Of a stretch of DNA of 64,000 nucleotides, positions 1-13,000 are shown in pieces (the first letter of the stretch is position 1; every line of letters begins with the position of its first letter). Made by a program: the position numbers and the translations under genes. This DNA comes from Felis catus. Taxonomy: Eukaryota. The DNA lies in NCBI RefSeq assembly GCF_018350175.1, contig NC_058383.1:24678001-24742000 (forward strand). Direction: 5' to 3'. The notes under the pieces were generated by a model, which had not been told where the DNA came from, did no database searches, and worked only from the letters and a program-made list of their open reading frames with translations.

Positions 1-272
1 GTAGAGACAATGGCCAGGAGAGGACATCCCCCCGGTCCCCTCAAAAGGTACAGTTGCTACTCAGTATCAGGCAGCTACTGCCATGGAGAAATGAGGGCCT
101 AGGAATGCCAGATTTCCTGATAGTTTAACAGTAGGTAGCAATCCATATTTTTAAAATGTGAAATCTCAAGACACTAATTCATTCTTTTCGAAAGTGTGAG
201 TATCATGAAAGCCAAACACATTGAGTCTGCAGGCTCAATTCTACCCAGAGGCTGGCAGGTTGCAACCTCTCT
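1..272 (+). mobile_element. MER102-like hAT-Charlie DNA transposon relic
   Basis: GCCAGATTT...ATGTGAAATCTC...GGTTGCAACCTCT pattern; a related copy lies at 11420-11710. Confidence 0.5.
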
Positions 273-490
273 TTTAGTTCATCATAACCTTGTTGAAAAT
301 ATTTCTCAAAATTGTTGGTCTGCTTCCTTGTCCATGTGAGAACCATACAGTAAGTATAACGGAAGATCTTGCTGATGATGACTAAAGAGCTTGTGGCCTC
401 TTTGGGTTTTTACTCTGAAACATCAGTTTTAATTTCAGGAAACTTGGCTAAGTGAGTCCCAACCTAAGTATATTCCCAAAGCTAAATGCA

Positions 491-508
491 TTCATTCATT
501 CATTCATT

Positions 509-551
<43 letters not shown>

Positions 552-698
552 TGGGAGGGGCAGAGACAGAGATACAGAATCTGAAGGAGGCTCCAGGCTC
601 TGAGCTGTCAGCACAGAGCCCAACGTGACCCATGGACCATGAGATCATGACCTGAGCTGAAGTCAGATGTCTGACCAACTGAGGCATCCAGACACCCC
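491..698 (-). mobile_element. Can-SINE
   Basis: (GA)n, GGCTCCAGGCTCTGAGCTGTCAGCACAGAGCC, GAGATCATGACCTGAGCTGAAGTC. Confidence 0.9.
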
Positions 699-822
699 TA
701 TATGCATTAAAAAAAATTAAATTCCTGTCATTTTTATTTTTATTATGAAATATTTCAGATATACAAAAGGATATAGAGAATATAATTAAACAGCCATATA
801 TTCACAATGGATCTTAAATAAA

Positions 823-826
<4 letters not shown>

Positions 827-872
<46 letters not shown>
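827..872. repeat. (TA)n microsatellite within an old L1 3' fragment (~730-1500)
   Basis: Direct reading; L1 context by resemblance. Confidence 0.9.
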
Positions 873-876
<4 letters not shown>

Positions 877-1013
877 ACTGTATCCCTTCCAGTCAAATTT
901 CCCTTCCTCTGTGCTAGAAGGAACCACTGTTTTGAACTTGTTATTAATCTTCTCACACATATCTTTACACTTAACATTCTATAGTATTGCTTAGCAAGTT
1001 TACAAACCTTATA

Positions 1014-1340
1014 CAGCTGACCCTTGAACAATATGGGGCATAGGAGCACTGACCTCCACGTAGTCAAAAATCTACAATAACTTTTGACTCCCCAAAACTT
1101 TACTAATAGCCTACTGTTGACATGAAGCCTTACTGAGAACATAAGCAGTCAATGAACACATATGTATGTATATGTATCATATACTATATTCTTACAATGA
1201 AATATGCTAGAGAAAGGAAAACGTTAAGAAAATCATGAGGAAAAGAAAATACATTTATAGTACTGTTCTGTATTTGCAAAAGAAATCTGTGTCTAAGTGG
1301 ACCTGCATAATTCAAACCCATGTTGTTTAAGGGTCAACTC
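1014..1340. mobile_element. Tigger2-family non-autonomous DNA transposon
   Basis: TIRs CAGCTGACCCTTGAACAA (1014-1031, preceded by TA) and TTGTTTAAGGGTCAACTC (1323-1340). Confidence 0.85.
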
Positions 1341-3596
1341 TCTATGTAAAAGGTATTATGTCCTTCTGCAACTTGCTTTTTTTGCTCATGTTTGTATGAT
1401 TCACCAATGTTGTTACATGTAACCCTAGCTCATATATTCTCAATACTGCAATTCAGTCCCAGTATATTGTCTCTTCTCTTGCTAATGTTCTAATGATGGG
1501 ACATTAGGTGTTTTCCTTTTTCTTTCTCTTTTTACTTATGCAAAAACTTCAGACTATGTCTTTACTATTTACTACTATATCTAAAAGAAATTCAGGGAAG
1601 ACAGAAAAAAGTCTCAAAACTAGAAGATTCTGATTAGTCACATTTTAGAGAATGAATATATTGTACGGTCTTTAACAAAAGGGTAGGCTGGGAAGACAAG
1701 AACACATCTGGTGAGTAGCAGGGCCAGGCACTGGAACACCTCACGAGTACTGGGCTTTCCTCAAACAGGCTCATCAGGATGGGGAAGTAGGCTGCTCACT
1801 GCCCTTTGAGAAGAGGACCCATTTCCAACTCAAGGTAGAGGTGTAACATACGGAGACTGTATGCTTTAGGGTGGTCCTGAGCTCCTGAGGACTTGGGCAG
1901 CTAAATGCAGATGGGAGCTGGGAAGAGTGAGTTCATCTAGAAGTTCTAAGTACCTGCAAGGTATTTACCTTAGAATTTCTTTTGAATAGGATTGCCTCCC
2001 TGCCCCCTGTCCCTGGTGACCTTTCTTAAGCAATGAGTAATGAACCAAGGCTTAATCACTTGCTGAAAAGGTTGAAAGCACTGCTTCACCCAATTCAAAG
2101 TTAAGATGAAAGTTATAATCAACACCAATTCTGATGTCCATGGATACGTCACAGAAAAAAATGCTTAGAAGAAATTCATAAAAACCAGGAGAGAACATCA
2201 TTCTTTGTGGCTAATCGTAATAAAAACCCATGACATGATGACTTTTCCTGGTAAGGAAACAGGTTTCTGAGTTTCTGGTTCTCCCTAAAACTCCATGGTT
2301 TCATATGAAAATACGTGAGTCAGTTCCTGTGAGGGGCATAGAGTCTGTAACTACGATTAATGATTGCTTCACTTCCTTAACAGATGAAACCTCTCTGACT
2401 GCATGACACTTGAGGAAAGTGACGGAGGTATGGCATATTAAAGCAGTAGCAACCTTCTCCAAAGCCTTTGTTTTTTTTCTACTACTCGAAAGAGCCACAA
2501 CTTCAAACTGTAACTGGTCATATGCCATAATCGGATACACAAGCCCTGCAATTAGGGTACTCAAGGTCATAGGCAGTACCAACAATCAGTACTTAATAGG
2601 TCTATTTTCAAAACACTTTAATTAACGTATACAGTGTTTTGAAAACTAATCCTGAAAGGGAGATTGATATCTTCCTCTCCACCATCAGGTGACCCAGAAA
2701 ACCCAAGTCTGAAAGATTTCCGGAGAAGGGTCTAAGGCTGTATTCCCCATTGTGCACTATTAGCAACTCTAGCTTAACAACACTTCCCAATCTTCAGAGA
2801 ATAGGCAAGAAAAGAAAAATGCCTCCTTTGTTGTTTTCTTACTGGATTTCTTTCGGTTCTTTGAGGGAATCACATTTTTCTTACTGTAGGTAGGGGTATA
2901 TACGCATGCTGTTCCCTCTTTCTAGAAGGCTCTTTCCTGACCCTCTCTCTTTTACCTGACCAACCCCTACTCATCCTTCCAATTCCCAGTGAAAACCTGG
3001 ACACCTCAGAGAATCCTTCTCCCTCCTGTCACCACATGCACTGGGTCAGGTCTGTTGAACCTTCCCATGGATTCTTGAATTTCTTCTTTGTGGTACTTAC
3101 CACTCAAGTAATTATGGTTTGTTAGTGCCTGTCTTCTCCCAATTGATCCTTACGTTTATGGGGACAGTTACGACATCCATCTTATTTACTGCTCAATTCT
3201 TGGCACCTACCCAGGTCTGTAATTGGTGTTCCACAAATGCTGAATAAATAAAAATATCTCATGATACAGAAAGCTTGGGATTCTAGAAACAAAACTGACC
3301 ATATAAAAAAATTTTTTTCCAAGCTCTTTCCCCTTTGGTTTATATTTTTGTCTTTGTTCCTAGGAAGCAACCTGTTTAGAAAAAGTGCTTTTTCCCTAAG
3401 AGTGTTCCTTCCTATGGATTCAATGACTTGAAACCAACATTTATTCCTCCGGAACTATCAATGATTTCTCACTACTGATGCAAGGCTGAGATGGCTCTTT
3501 TCTTTACTAGTTTCATGGGTTGATCCAATGTACTGAGGTCTGCTGGGATTTTCCCACAGGCAACATGAGAAATATCAAATTATTTAGAGGACCACA

Positions 3597-3709
3597 TTTT
3601 TAAAAAAGATTTTATTTTTAAGTAATCTCTACACTCAACACGGGGATCGAACTCACAACCTTGAGATCAAAAGGTGCAGGCTCCACTGACTGAGCCAGCC
3701 AGGTGCTCC
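3597..3709 (-). mobile_element. Short Can-SINE (no CT tract)
   Basis: TSD TAGAGGACCACA at 3585-3596 and 3710-3721; tRNA-like head. Confidence 0.88.
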
Positions 3710-3907
3710 TAGAGGACCACAACTGAACCAGTCTCACTCAACTGGCCATGAAATCTTACAGAATTTTTAAAGTTTTATAACTTTGATTATGAGATTGACA
3801 TTTGGTCAAACTGTTTCACTTTACTTCCTTAACCCCAAAGCCCCAGAATGAGGAAAGGTAAGAGATACGAAGTGTTCCTGGGAGGAAATGTGACTAGAAA
3901 CTGGCCT

Positions 3908-3940
3908 TTTCTTCTTCTTCTTTTAATGTTTATTTATTTT

Positions 3941-3987
<47 letters not shown>

Positions 3988-4152
3988 TGCACGTGAGCAG
4001 GGGAGGGGCAGAGAGGGAGAGGGACTCCCAGACTCCGTGCTGTCAGCAGAGATCCTGACACCAGGCTCTATCTTACCAACCTGATCTCACTATCATGACT
4101 TCAGCCGAAATCAAGAGCTGGACGTTTAACCAACTGAGCCACCCAGGTGCCT
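3908..4152 (-). mobile_element. Can-SINE
   Basis: (GA)n and GAGCCACCCAGGTGCC end; TSD GAAA(C/T)TGGCC. Confidence 0.9.
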
Positions 4153-4477
4153 CGAAATTGGCCGTTTCTTAAAATCGTACCCCATATATACATAGTACCA
4201 AGAAAAAATTCACAACTAAGCATCTTCCAAGTGAAGCCTGGGCCACTAAGAAAAGGCTGATAAATGTTGCTGCTAGTGTGGTTTGGTCTCTGGTCACAGT
4301 TGGGAGAAGTTTTCCCGACAGCAGGTGTCCCAAAGATTGGTTGGGGAGGTTATTTTTTGGATGTACAAGTATTTTATAATGTACTGTAATAGCCTATCAA
4401 ACTCATAATTTAATAGCATGATTTTGATTTCACAGCAATAATATACAGTTTCTTTGAGATGAACGTATTATAAAAGT

Positions 4478-4707
4478 TTTTTTCAATGTTTATTTTGAGG
4501 GAGTGAGCATGCACAAGCAGGGGAGGGGCAACGAGAGATGGGGAGAGAGAAGGGGGGAGAGGGAGAGACAGAGAGAGAGAATCCCAAGCAGATTTGGTGC
4601 TTCACCACAGAGCTTGATGTGGGGCTCCAGCTCATGAACTGTGAGATTATGACCTGAGCTGAAATCATGAGTCAGACACTTAACCAATTGAGCCACCCAG
4701 GTGCCCC
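4478..4707 (-). mobile_element. Can-SINE
   Basis: Consensus body; TSD GTATTA(T/G)AAAAGTTTTT. Confidence 0.9.
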
Positions 4708-5242
4708 TGTATTAGAAAAGTTTTTAAAGCTGGCCTAAAATATGGGTAATAATAGTAAAAATTGTGATGCAGAGTGTGAAACACACAAGTTTTAAAGCTA
4801 CAGCTCTAAGGCACCCTGCAGGGTCATGCCTTGGTGTTTATTCTATCATCCACTTACAATGCTTGCTTTCTGCTAGTTATCACACCCCACCTACTAGATA
4901 CCTATTTGCTCCCAAGTTTTTCTGCAGCCCCCTTTTCTCTGCTTCTCTCCTGAGCCAGCTATTGATATTTTGCTATTTCATTGTGTCTTTTTCTTCACAG
5001 TCTCTGAATTCCTGCAGAGCTCAGACTGTTTTGCACATTAGAGTAATTATAATAATACTACACTTTGCTCTGTACTAACTGTGCTAGAGGCTTTGCTAGG
5101 TGCTTTATGTATGTTAACTCCCCAAATCACAATTCTATAAGGTAGGTAACTACCATTACCCCTTTACAAAGCAGAAACCTGATGCAAAGAGAGGTTAAGT
5201 AACTTGCCCAAAGTCACATCAGCTATATTAAGAGGTAAGGCT

Positions 5243-5808
5243 GGAGGCACCTCTCTGGCTCAGTCACCAGAGACTCATCTCAGGGCTGTGAGTCAAGCCT
5301 CAAGTTGGTTGTAGACCTCACTTAAAAACAAAACAAAACAGGGGTGCCTGGGTGGCGCAGTTGGCTAAGCGTCCGACTTCAGCCAGGTCACGGACTTCAG
5401 CCAGGTCATGATCTTGCGGTCTGTGAGTTCAAGCCCCGCGTCAGGCTCTGGGCAGATGGCTCAGAGCCTGGAGCCTGCTTCCGATTCTGTGTCTCCCTGT
5501 CTCTCTGCCCCTCCCCCGTTCATGCTCTGTCTCTCTCTGTCCCAAAAATAAATAAACGTTGAAAAAAAATTTTTTTAAAACAAAACAAAAAAACGGGGAA
5601 TCTGGGTGGCTCAGTCGATTGGCATCCGACTTCAGCTCAGGTCATGATCTCAAGGATTGTGAGTTCAAGCCCCGCGTGAGGCTCTATGCTGAAAGCTCAG
5701 AGCCTGGAGCCTGCCTCAGATTCTGTGTCTCCCCTCTCTCTCTGCACCTCACACACTCTCACTCTGTCTCTCAAAAATAAATAAACATTAAAAAAAAAAA
5801 AAAAAAAA
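5243..5808 (+). mobile_element. Three stacked Can-SINEs (~5243-5330, 5341-5577, 5595-5808) inserted in a MIR (~5060-5880)
   Basis: Three tRNA heads. Outer TSD AAGAGGT(A/G)AGGC at ~5230 and ~5807. MIR halves AGAGAGGTTAAGTAACTTGCCCAAAGTCACA and GGATTCAAACCCAG flank the stack. Confidence 0.88.
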
Positions 5809-6059
5809 GAGGTGAGGCCAGGATTCAAACCCAGACCCAGACAGTCTGGAGTCCAGCCCAAATGTTTAATCACTAAATAGGATGCTCAATCTCAGTAAAT
5901 GTGGTTGAATGTCTGTTAACTGCTTTAAAGAGCTTGGCTAGTTTGTGACAAAGGGAACTCAATTTTATTCCCTTTTCACAAACAGCAAAAAACCATTGTT
6001 TTGCACCTTGATATGAATAACCTTTTAATAAGGTTTTCCATATGCCATCTGCCCTTGCC

Positions 6060-6235
6060 TTTTTTTTTTTACATTTATTTATTTTGAGAGAGAGAGACTG
6101 TGAGCAGGGGAAGGGCAGAGAAAAGGAGGAGAGAGAATCCTAAGCAGTCAGTGCGAAGCCCAACTCGGTTCGAATTCATGACCTGAGCAGAAATCAAGAA
6201 ATGGACACTTAACTGACTGAGCCACCCAGGCACAC
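6060..6235 (-). mobile_element. Can-SINE, plus a partial copy to ~6320
   Basis: Poly-T, GA tract, ACTGAGCCACCCAGGC. Confidence 0.85.
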
Positions 6236-6529
6236 CGCCCCCCACTCTGACTTTTTAAAAAAGTTTACTTACTTATTTTGAGAGAGTAAGAGTGTACATG
6301 AGTGACTGGGGGAAGGGCAACTGTCCTTCCTTAATAATTGTGTTGCACATCAGCACATTAAAAGATGCTGTGCACCTGTCAGGACTGGGCTGCTCTTCCA
6401 TTCGCTATGGCAACTCTGTTCCATCACTCCAAAAGGAGTGGACATCATAGAAGACTCACCAGGGCTCATTACAGTGCTACCACTCTGCAGGCCTTACTGG
6501 TCCCTCCCAAGCCTCTATCCTTTCAGTAC

Positions 6530-7035
6530 CCACTGGGACCACACACAGGAGATTCTAGGGATACACAACCTTGATAAACAAGCAGCCTTAGTCCCTGCCT
6601 TCCTGAAGCTTACATTCTAGTGGCCAAGTAGATGACATACAAGAAAAACAATTTCTGATGGTGGTATGTGCTCTCTAGGAATGAAACAGTAATACGATTC
6701 AAATGAACAGAGGCAGGGTTATTTTATTTTGGGTAGTTAGTGCCATTTGAGTCCTGAATGACATGAGGGAGCCTGAGCCTATTCAAGGGAAGAGTTAAGG
6801 GAAGGGTGGTTCAGGAAGAGGGTGGCAACCAACAAAGGCTAAGAGGTGGTAAACAAGTCAATGTTAATGCAGCAAGAACCTGTGGGGAAGGTGGGGCCAC
6901 AGGTGAGCAGAAATCTAGGACAGGTTGGGAGCCTAGGCCCTGGAAAGGAGTTCAGTTTGTAATCTAAGAACAAAACAAAAGGAAGACATTGGCTGATTTT
7001 AAGCAAGCTGGAGTACCATGGTCTAATTTGCATTT
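6530..7035 (-). mobile_element. L2 LINE fragment
   Basis: GTCCCTGCCTTCCTGAAGCTTACATTCTAGTGG and downstream purine-rich L2-like text. Confidence 0.6.
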
Positions 7036-7049
7036 ATTCTATCCTTTAA

Positions 7050-7488
7050 AAAAATTTTAACGTTTTTTGAGACAGAGAGTGAGCAGAGGAGGGGCAGAAA
7101 GAGAGGGAGACACAGAATCCAAAGCAGGCTCCAGGCTCTGAGCGGTCAGCACAGACCCCCATGCAGGGCTCAAACCCGTGAACACAAGATTATGACCTGA
7201 GCTGAAGTTAGATGCTCAAATGACTGAGCCACCCAGATGCCCTTAATTTACATCTTTTAAAATGTGCTGGATTTGGGGGCACCTGGGTGGCTCAGTCAGT
7301 TGAGCATCCAACTCTTGATTTCATCTCAGGTCATGATCTCAAGGTTTCAGATTGAGCCCAATGTCAGGCTCCACAGCCTGATCCACAGTGTGGAGCCTGC
7401 TTGGTTATTTGCTCTCCCTTTTCTCTCTGCTCCTCCCCTGCTTGTACTTGTGCTTGCTCTCTCTCTCAAAACAAACACTAAAAAAAAA
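7050..7488. mobile_element. Two head-to-head Can-SINEs (7050-7242 on -, 7275-7488 on +)
   Basis: Consensus bodies; the second has TSD AAAATGTGCTGGATTT (7259-7274, 7485-7500). Confidence 0.9.
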
Positions 7489-9224
7489 TGTGCTGGATTT
7501 CAAATTGTATCTTGCACATGGTGAAAAAAGTTTTGCCTAATGCCACCTAATTGACAGGAGATTTGGGATTAAGAGCCAATAAACCTAGATGATTATTTCC
7601 CTGACCAAGTTTTCCCATTTTTATTTTGGAGTCAGTAATGGGGCAGTAATTAATCTCCTAAAACCAAACGAAACACACCACCTACTCACTCTTCTACTCC
7701 GTGATGAGTGGAAATAGTGAAAGGTCTGGGTAGGTTCCAAGAACCCACTCTATACAGCACGTGTAGACACACAGCATGTTTAGGTTTGGCTTTCAGGATG
7801 TCTGCGTGAAGATATGCTAGTATTAGGGGATTTATCCACTTCACCCTTTCCCCCACCTTTGGAAAGACCATCACAGCATGAACACTGAGGAGTTTAAGAG
7901 CAGAGATGAAAATTCCTTCTCCAGATGAAATTTATAGAAGTATGACTCTGGTCTCAGGAATGTCAAAATTCCCAGTGTTGGACTCTCATGAGGCTTTGCC
8001 TTCTACTTAAGAAAAAGTGTTGCAGTATAAACAAGGGACAGAAAAGGCAATGGGAATTAACTGACTTTCCAGCCCCAGGCAGAAGGAAAGACTCTTGCCA
8101 TTCTTGCAGTATCTGCTCCTAGGTGGAATTTTTCTTTTTCTCATCATAACTAATGAATGTAATAGAGTTAAATTTCTCTCCCAAGTACTTTATGATTGGG
8201 TGGGTGGTGGAGATTATGAAACTCACCCAAATGAAATCACTGTCTCATGTGTTCATTGTGCACCCATGCTGGCCGGTCCCTGTCCTGCTGCCCAATCTCC
8301 TTAGATCTGGCACCCCTTCTTTTTGCCAAATGAAGGTCCAAATTCACACAACTGAAATATTCTTTCTTTGCGTAGCTGTTGATTCTCATTCTTGGATTTC
8401 CACTACTTTTCATAGGGTGCCATCTTCATGCTGAAACAGGTTCAGTGACTCTGCTATGTGTACTCCAGGCACCTCCAGCACACTTGTATCATAAGTTCAT
8501 TCTATTCTAGTGTAATTTTCTGGCTGGCTTACCTTTCTTCTTCCACTGTGTGTGTTTTGGGGAGGGAGAAAGAAGGTTGGGACTATGCCTCATTCATCAC
8601 ACTCTTAAGACTGGGCACAAAGTTGGAGCTTGAAATATATTTGTTAGAAGAATAATACATTTACACACGAAGAATAGTCACCAGTAATGTCCATTCTCAT
8701 TCTGAAACACACACAGTGGTATGTGGGCCAGGTTTCCCAAGTGAAGACCCTAGAACATTTAAAAATACTAATTAACCCTCACAATGATGTTTTTAAGAGT
8801 GGTGCTGTGGGTGTCAGGTTTGGGGAGGAGGCCTTATCAGTTCCATCCTTACAGTTATAATAATGTAACCCATACTCTTAAGTTCTTTAAAAGCCAGTAA
8901 GTGTTGGTCCACTGGAATGAAATGATTTACTATGTTTTCATGAAGCTTAGAACCGAACATATAGAAAAAATATGGCTCGGACACATTTTCTCTTGGGAAA
9001 AAAAAAATCCTTCTTGGGAATAAGATCTATTGCAACCAAATGATCGGGGATCAAAACCAACCTCCAAAATTGTTATTTGGAACAAGCAAACAGATTTTCT
9101 TGCCCAGGAAAGCAGAGGACAGAATGATTGTCTTGGTTTTAGGCATTCAAAGTTTTTCCACATATGTAAGGAACAGAAGATAAAATGCAACTACTGAACA
9201 AATGGGTTCTGGAATGGTCAAAAG

Positions 9225-9375
9225 TGGGTTTCAATCCCGACTTCACTACATTGGTCAAGTCTTCCTGAGCCTCAGTTTCTGAAAAAGTGAAATGGGGTAA
9301 CAATAGAACCCTCTTCAAAGAGTTGGGGTAAGGATTACTCATGAGATAATCCATGTAAATCACTTAGCATTGGGA
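9225..9375 (+). mobile_element. MIR
   Basis: CTGAGCCTCAGTTTC...TGAAATGGGGTAACAATAG...GAGATAATCCATGTAAATCACTTAGCA core. Confidence 0.75.
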
Positions 9376-11009
9376 GTTAACAAAGGCAAATGTTACTTAA
9401 ATAGGAGGAAATAAAGGAGGAACAATGACGCCTCTTTTATCTATGCTAAGCTTTGTCTGCAGAGGTGGGAAAGAAGCGTGTTGCCTGTTGGCAAATTTAT
9501 TGCTTTGTGATACTGATGGATTTTCCTAAAGCTGTTTCCCTCTGATCATTAATAATCCCTGTACAGTAAAGGGCTATTGTTCTTCAGTATGAGCAAATAA
9601 CCCAGTCAGATGCACTGCTTATCTTCAGACCACAGCACATACTTCTTACTGGAAATATAATGCAGGTGCCAACACTGAAGGCATGACCAGACTTCCTATT
9701 TTTCTTCCTTTATCTCTTACTCCTTGCTTATCCTTTGGCTTGTTTTTCTCCTACATCTCTTATATTTCCTACTTTCTGGTGTACACCCATATCCTATACA
9801 GTATCATCCTTACCCAAATCGAATAACCTTCAAGTTAAGCTGTGCCCCACACATCACTGCCCTCTATCCCCCACTCCTCTCAATTAACAGACAGGCAGAC
9901 ACACACCCCCCACAGACTTGTTTCCTGTCCTGGATTCAGTTTTTGGTTACTAGAATCCAAAAAGGGAAGTGTAATGCCACACACTGTTCTGCAAATCTCA
10001 GGATATGCTTGTGTGGTGTACTTAATCATACCACAGCTATTCTCTGAAACAGCATCTTTTTACACAGAAAGTGACAATATGTTGTGTCAGAGATAGGAGG
10101 CAGGGAGTGGAAGGTAGATCGTGTTTTCATTTTACTTAAAGGAATAGAATTAGGTTAGGCCCTGTAATATGGGAAATCTCCAGAACACAGGGAAAAACCA
10201 AAAATACTGATGTCTGAAAGGCTTCTAAATTATCCAAAACAAAATCATATGAGGCAAGTATGCTCATTCTAAATATACCAGCATAGGAGCATACACAAGA
10301 TTATACTTGTAAGGGGGAACTCCAATTAGGCTTTTGTAACCAAGAGAGATACAGCTCTTTTTCCCCTCAGACAGAAATTCTAAATGGAAACCAAGTTTCT
10401 GCCCTTCAATTCAAAAGAAATGGAAGTATTTGTTTCCTTATCAGCATATTTTAAGAGACAAAAGTAAGGGTCAGTCAGAGGGGGTAAGAACCAGTTAGCA
10501 GAAGTAGGATGAGGTGTTAGATGTGTGTGGGTGTGTGTGTGTGTGTGCTGGAAATAGATGAAAACTAGGTCAACGCTAAAAATCAACCCCAGTCATTCAT
10601 TCATAACTACCCAGAATTTCACCCCTTCATAGGAACTAGGAAAGTCAGAGCAAGAAACACTTAAGTTTAAATTAGCATTTAAATCCTTTGTGATAATTTC
10701 CTAGGGAAATGGATTAGGAAACTGACAAAAGGGCTTTGGTTATGACATTAGATACAGCTGGAGTTTTCTAGCACCTGACCCTTGATCCAACCATCTGATG
10801 AATAACCTCACGTTGAGTAGTGGTCCCTGCCTTCACAACAGTTTCCAAATACCCTCCACCTATCAAGTAACTACCAAATGAGCAACTTTTCTCATCTGCA
10901 GAGGCAACAGAGCTCCTTACTAGACAAAATCCCTTGACAGCAGGAGCAATGACTGTCCATCCTTATGTGTGTGGAACTATTGCACCCAGAATACCTTCAA
11001 GCTCCTGCA

Positions 11010-11420
11010 GTTCAGTGCTGACCCACAGAATGTATTTCCTTTTTACTTTATTTATTTGTTTATTTATTTAGAGCATGAACAGGGAAGAGTGGCAGAGGGA
11101 GTTAGAATCTTAAGCAGGCTCTGTGCTCAGCGCTGAGCCTGACCCAGGGCTCAATCCCACGACCCTGAGATCATGACCTGAGCCAAAATCAAGAGTTGGA
11201 TGCTCATCCAACTGAGCTATCCGGGCACCCCCACAGAATGTATTTCAATGATGGAAATATTCTATAACTGTGATGTCCAGCAGGGTAGCTAGCCACTGGC
11301 CACATGAAATATGGTTACTGCATCTGAGAAACTGGCATTTAAAAGTGTATTTAAGTACCTACATGTAAAAAATAAATAGCAACATGTAGCCAGTGGCTAC
11401 TGGGGAACAGCACAGTTCAA
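11010..11420. mobile_element. MER3-like hAT MITE interrupted by a Can-SINE (11040-11231, -)
   Basis: TSD CCACAGAATGTATTTC around the SINE; TGATGGAAATATTCTATA and AGCCACTGGCCACATG...GCCAGTGGCTAC motifs. Confidence 0.7.
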
Positions 11421-11710
11421 GACCAAGAACTGCAAATCAAATGCCCACAAGGGTCAGGCAGACAGCTGAAAAGAGAGGAGGCCTTTGGCACTGAGCCACA
11501 TACAAAGGGGGGGGGCGGTGGCGGGGAGAAGCTTTATTGGCTCCAGGTGTGTTGCCAGATTCTTTTTTCAATGAAGCTGAAAATCTGGATTTTGATGTCT
11601 AATTTTTAAATGTTGGCAAGTCAATTTTAAAAAGAATTTAAATTTAAATCGTTTTGGGGGCTGAATGATATGTTTGTAGGCAATAGCTGTATTTCCATTT
11701 GCAATCTCTA
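11420..11710 (+). mobile_element. MER102-like hAT relic
   Basis: TTGCCAGATTCTTTTTTCAATGAAGCTGAAAATCTGGATTTT...TTTTAAATGTTGGCAA. Confidence 0.55.
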
Positions 11711-12329
11711 ATTTAGGCCAACCCCTTCAGCTCAAAGAAAAAGACCTTCTCCAATGAATGCCACTGCTGATCAGTAGCAGATCCAAGATTGAAACCCAGG
11801 CCTTCTGATACTTCTGATATTCTTTCTAGATTTTATGAGATTAACCATATCTAGATTGTGGCTGGCAGTGGCAGCATCAGCAGGACAAAAGCTCCTTTGT
11901 CAGAGCTGCTGAAGTCCGTGACTGATACCTTATGAATACAGTATTCCTACCTAGCTATAACCACATATTGGGCCCTTTGGGCAAAGCTCTATACTAGAAG
12001 CAAGACACAAAGAAGAAATAGCCCACAGGGGAGTCAGACATAACAATTAACAAGCAAAGTCAGGCTTGCTGTAATGGACACAAATCACCTGCACACAAGT
12101 CCAAAAGCAATGACAGCTGGGGGAGGAAGGGAAGGAAGAGATTTGAGCCAGGGCTTAGAGGATGAATAGAAGCTGGCTGGTGGGTGAATGAGTCTCACGG
12201 ATTATGAGAGTGAGTCTCACTATTGCAGGATATTAAGGGATCCTGCTTTTATCTCTGAGGCCTTATCTGTATCAAGTCTCCTTTGTTGGCTTCTGTTCTT
12301 CTCCGGGGAATCTCTGAATGTCTCTAAAA

Positions 12330-13000
12330 ACTCCTGTGTATTTTCTCTGGGACTTTTCCCCTGACTTGTATATCTAACTTCTCCGACATCTTCACCTGGA
12401 TGGTTAGTAGACTTATCAAACCTAGTATATTCAAGAGAACTTAGGATATTCCGTTCCAAACAGTTTCCCCTTAGTAGTCCTCCTTGGTTCCTCTTCCTCC
12501 CATACACTTCACACCCAATCAGGCATTAAGTCTTGCAAACTCTACTTCCAAAATGCATTCTGAATTTAATGATCGGCATTTCCACTGACAATACTTCTTG
12601 GCCTACTGTAACAGGGTCCTAACAGTTCTGACAACTTCTACCCTTCTCTGTCTAGCAACCAAGTGATTTTTTTTTAAATGTAAATCAGGTCAGGTCACTC
12701 CCCTTCTCAAAACCCTCAGGTAACACAACAGCCAAACCCTTACCTTGGGCTAAAATGCTGTGCTTGTTCAGGCCCTGCCATTTCTCCATCACAGACCACT
12801 TTGGCCCTTGTTTTTTCTGCTCCAGCAACCTGGCTTTCTCGCCGTTTCCTTCCTCAGAACCCTGTCGGTTGGCTCTTTTCTCCACCTAGACAGTCCATTC
12901 CCTAGCTTCTTTCTTTTCTCGAATCTCTGTGAAACCCGGCCTTCTCTGAAGTGCTCTACCCCATTTTAGAGTGGCCCTCCCCCCATCTTCTATCACTTCA
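12330..13000 (+). mobile_element. L2 LINE fragment
   Basis: GACATCTTCACCTGGATG, TCTACTTCCAAAAT, TTTAAATGTAAATCAGGTCAGGTCACTCCCCTTCTCAAAACCCT. Confidence 0.65.

Noticed and set aside
5341..5440. tRNA-like A/B boxes here and in other SINE heads
   Set aside because: They are Can-SINE heads with CT tracts, A tails and TSDs, not tRNA genes.
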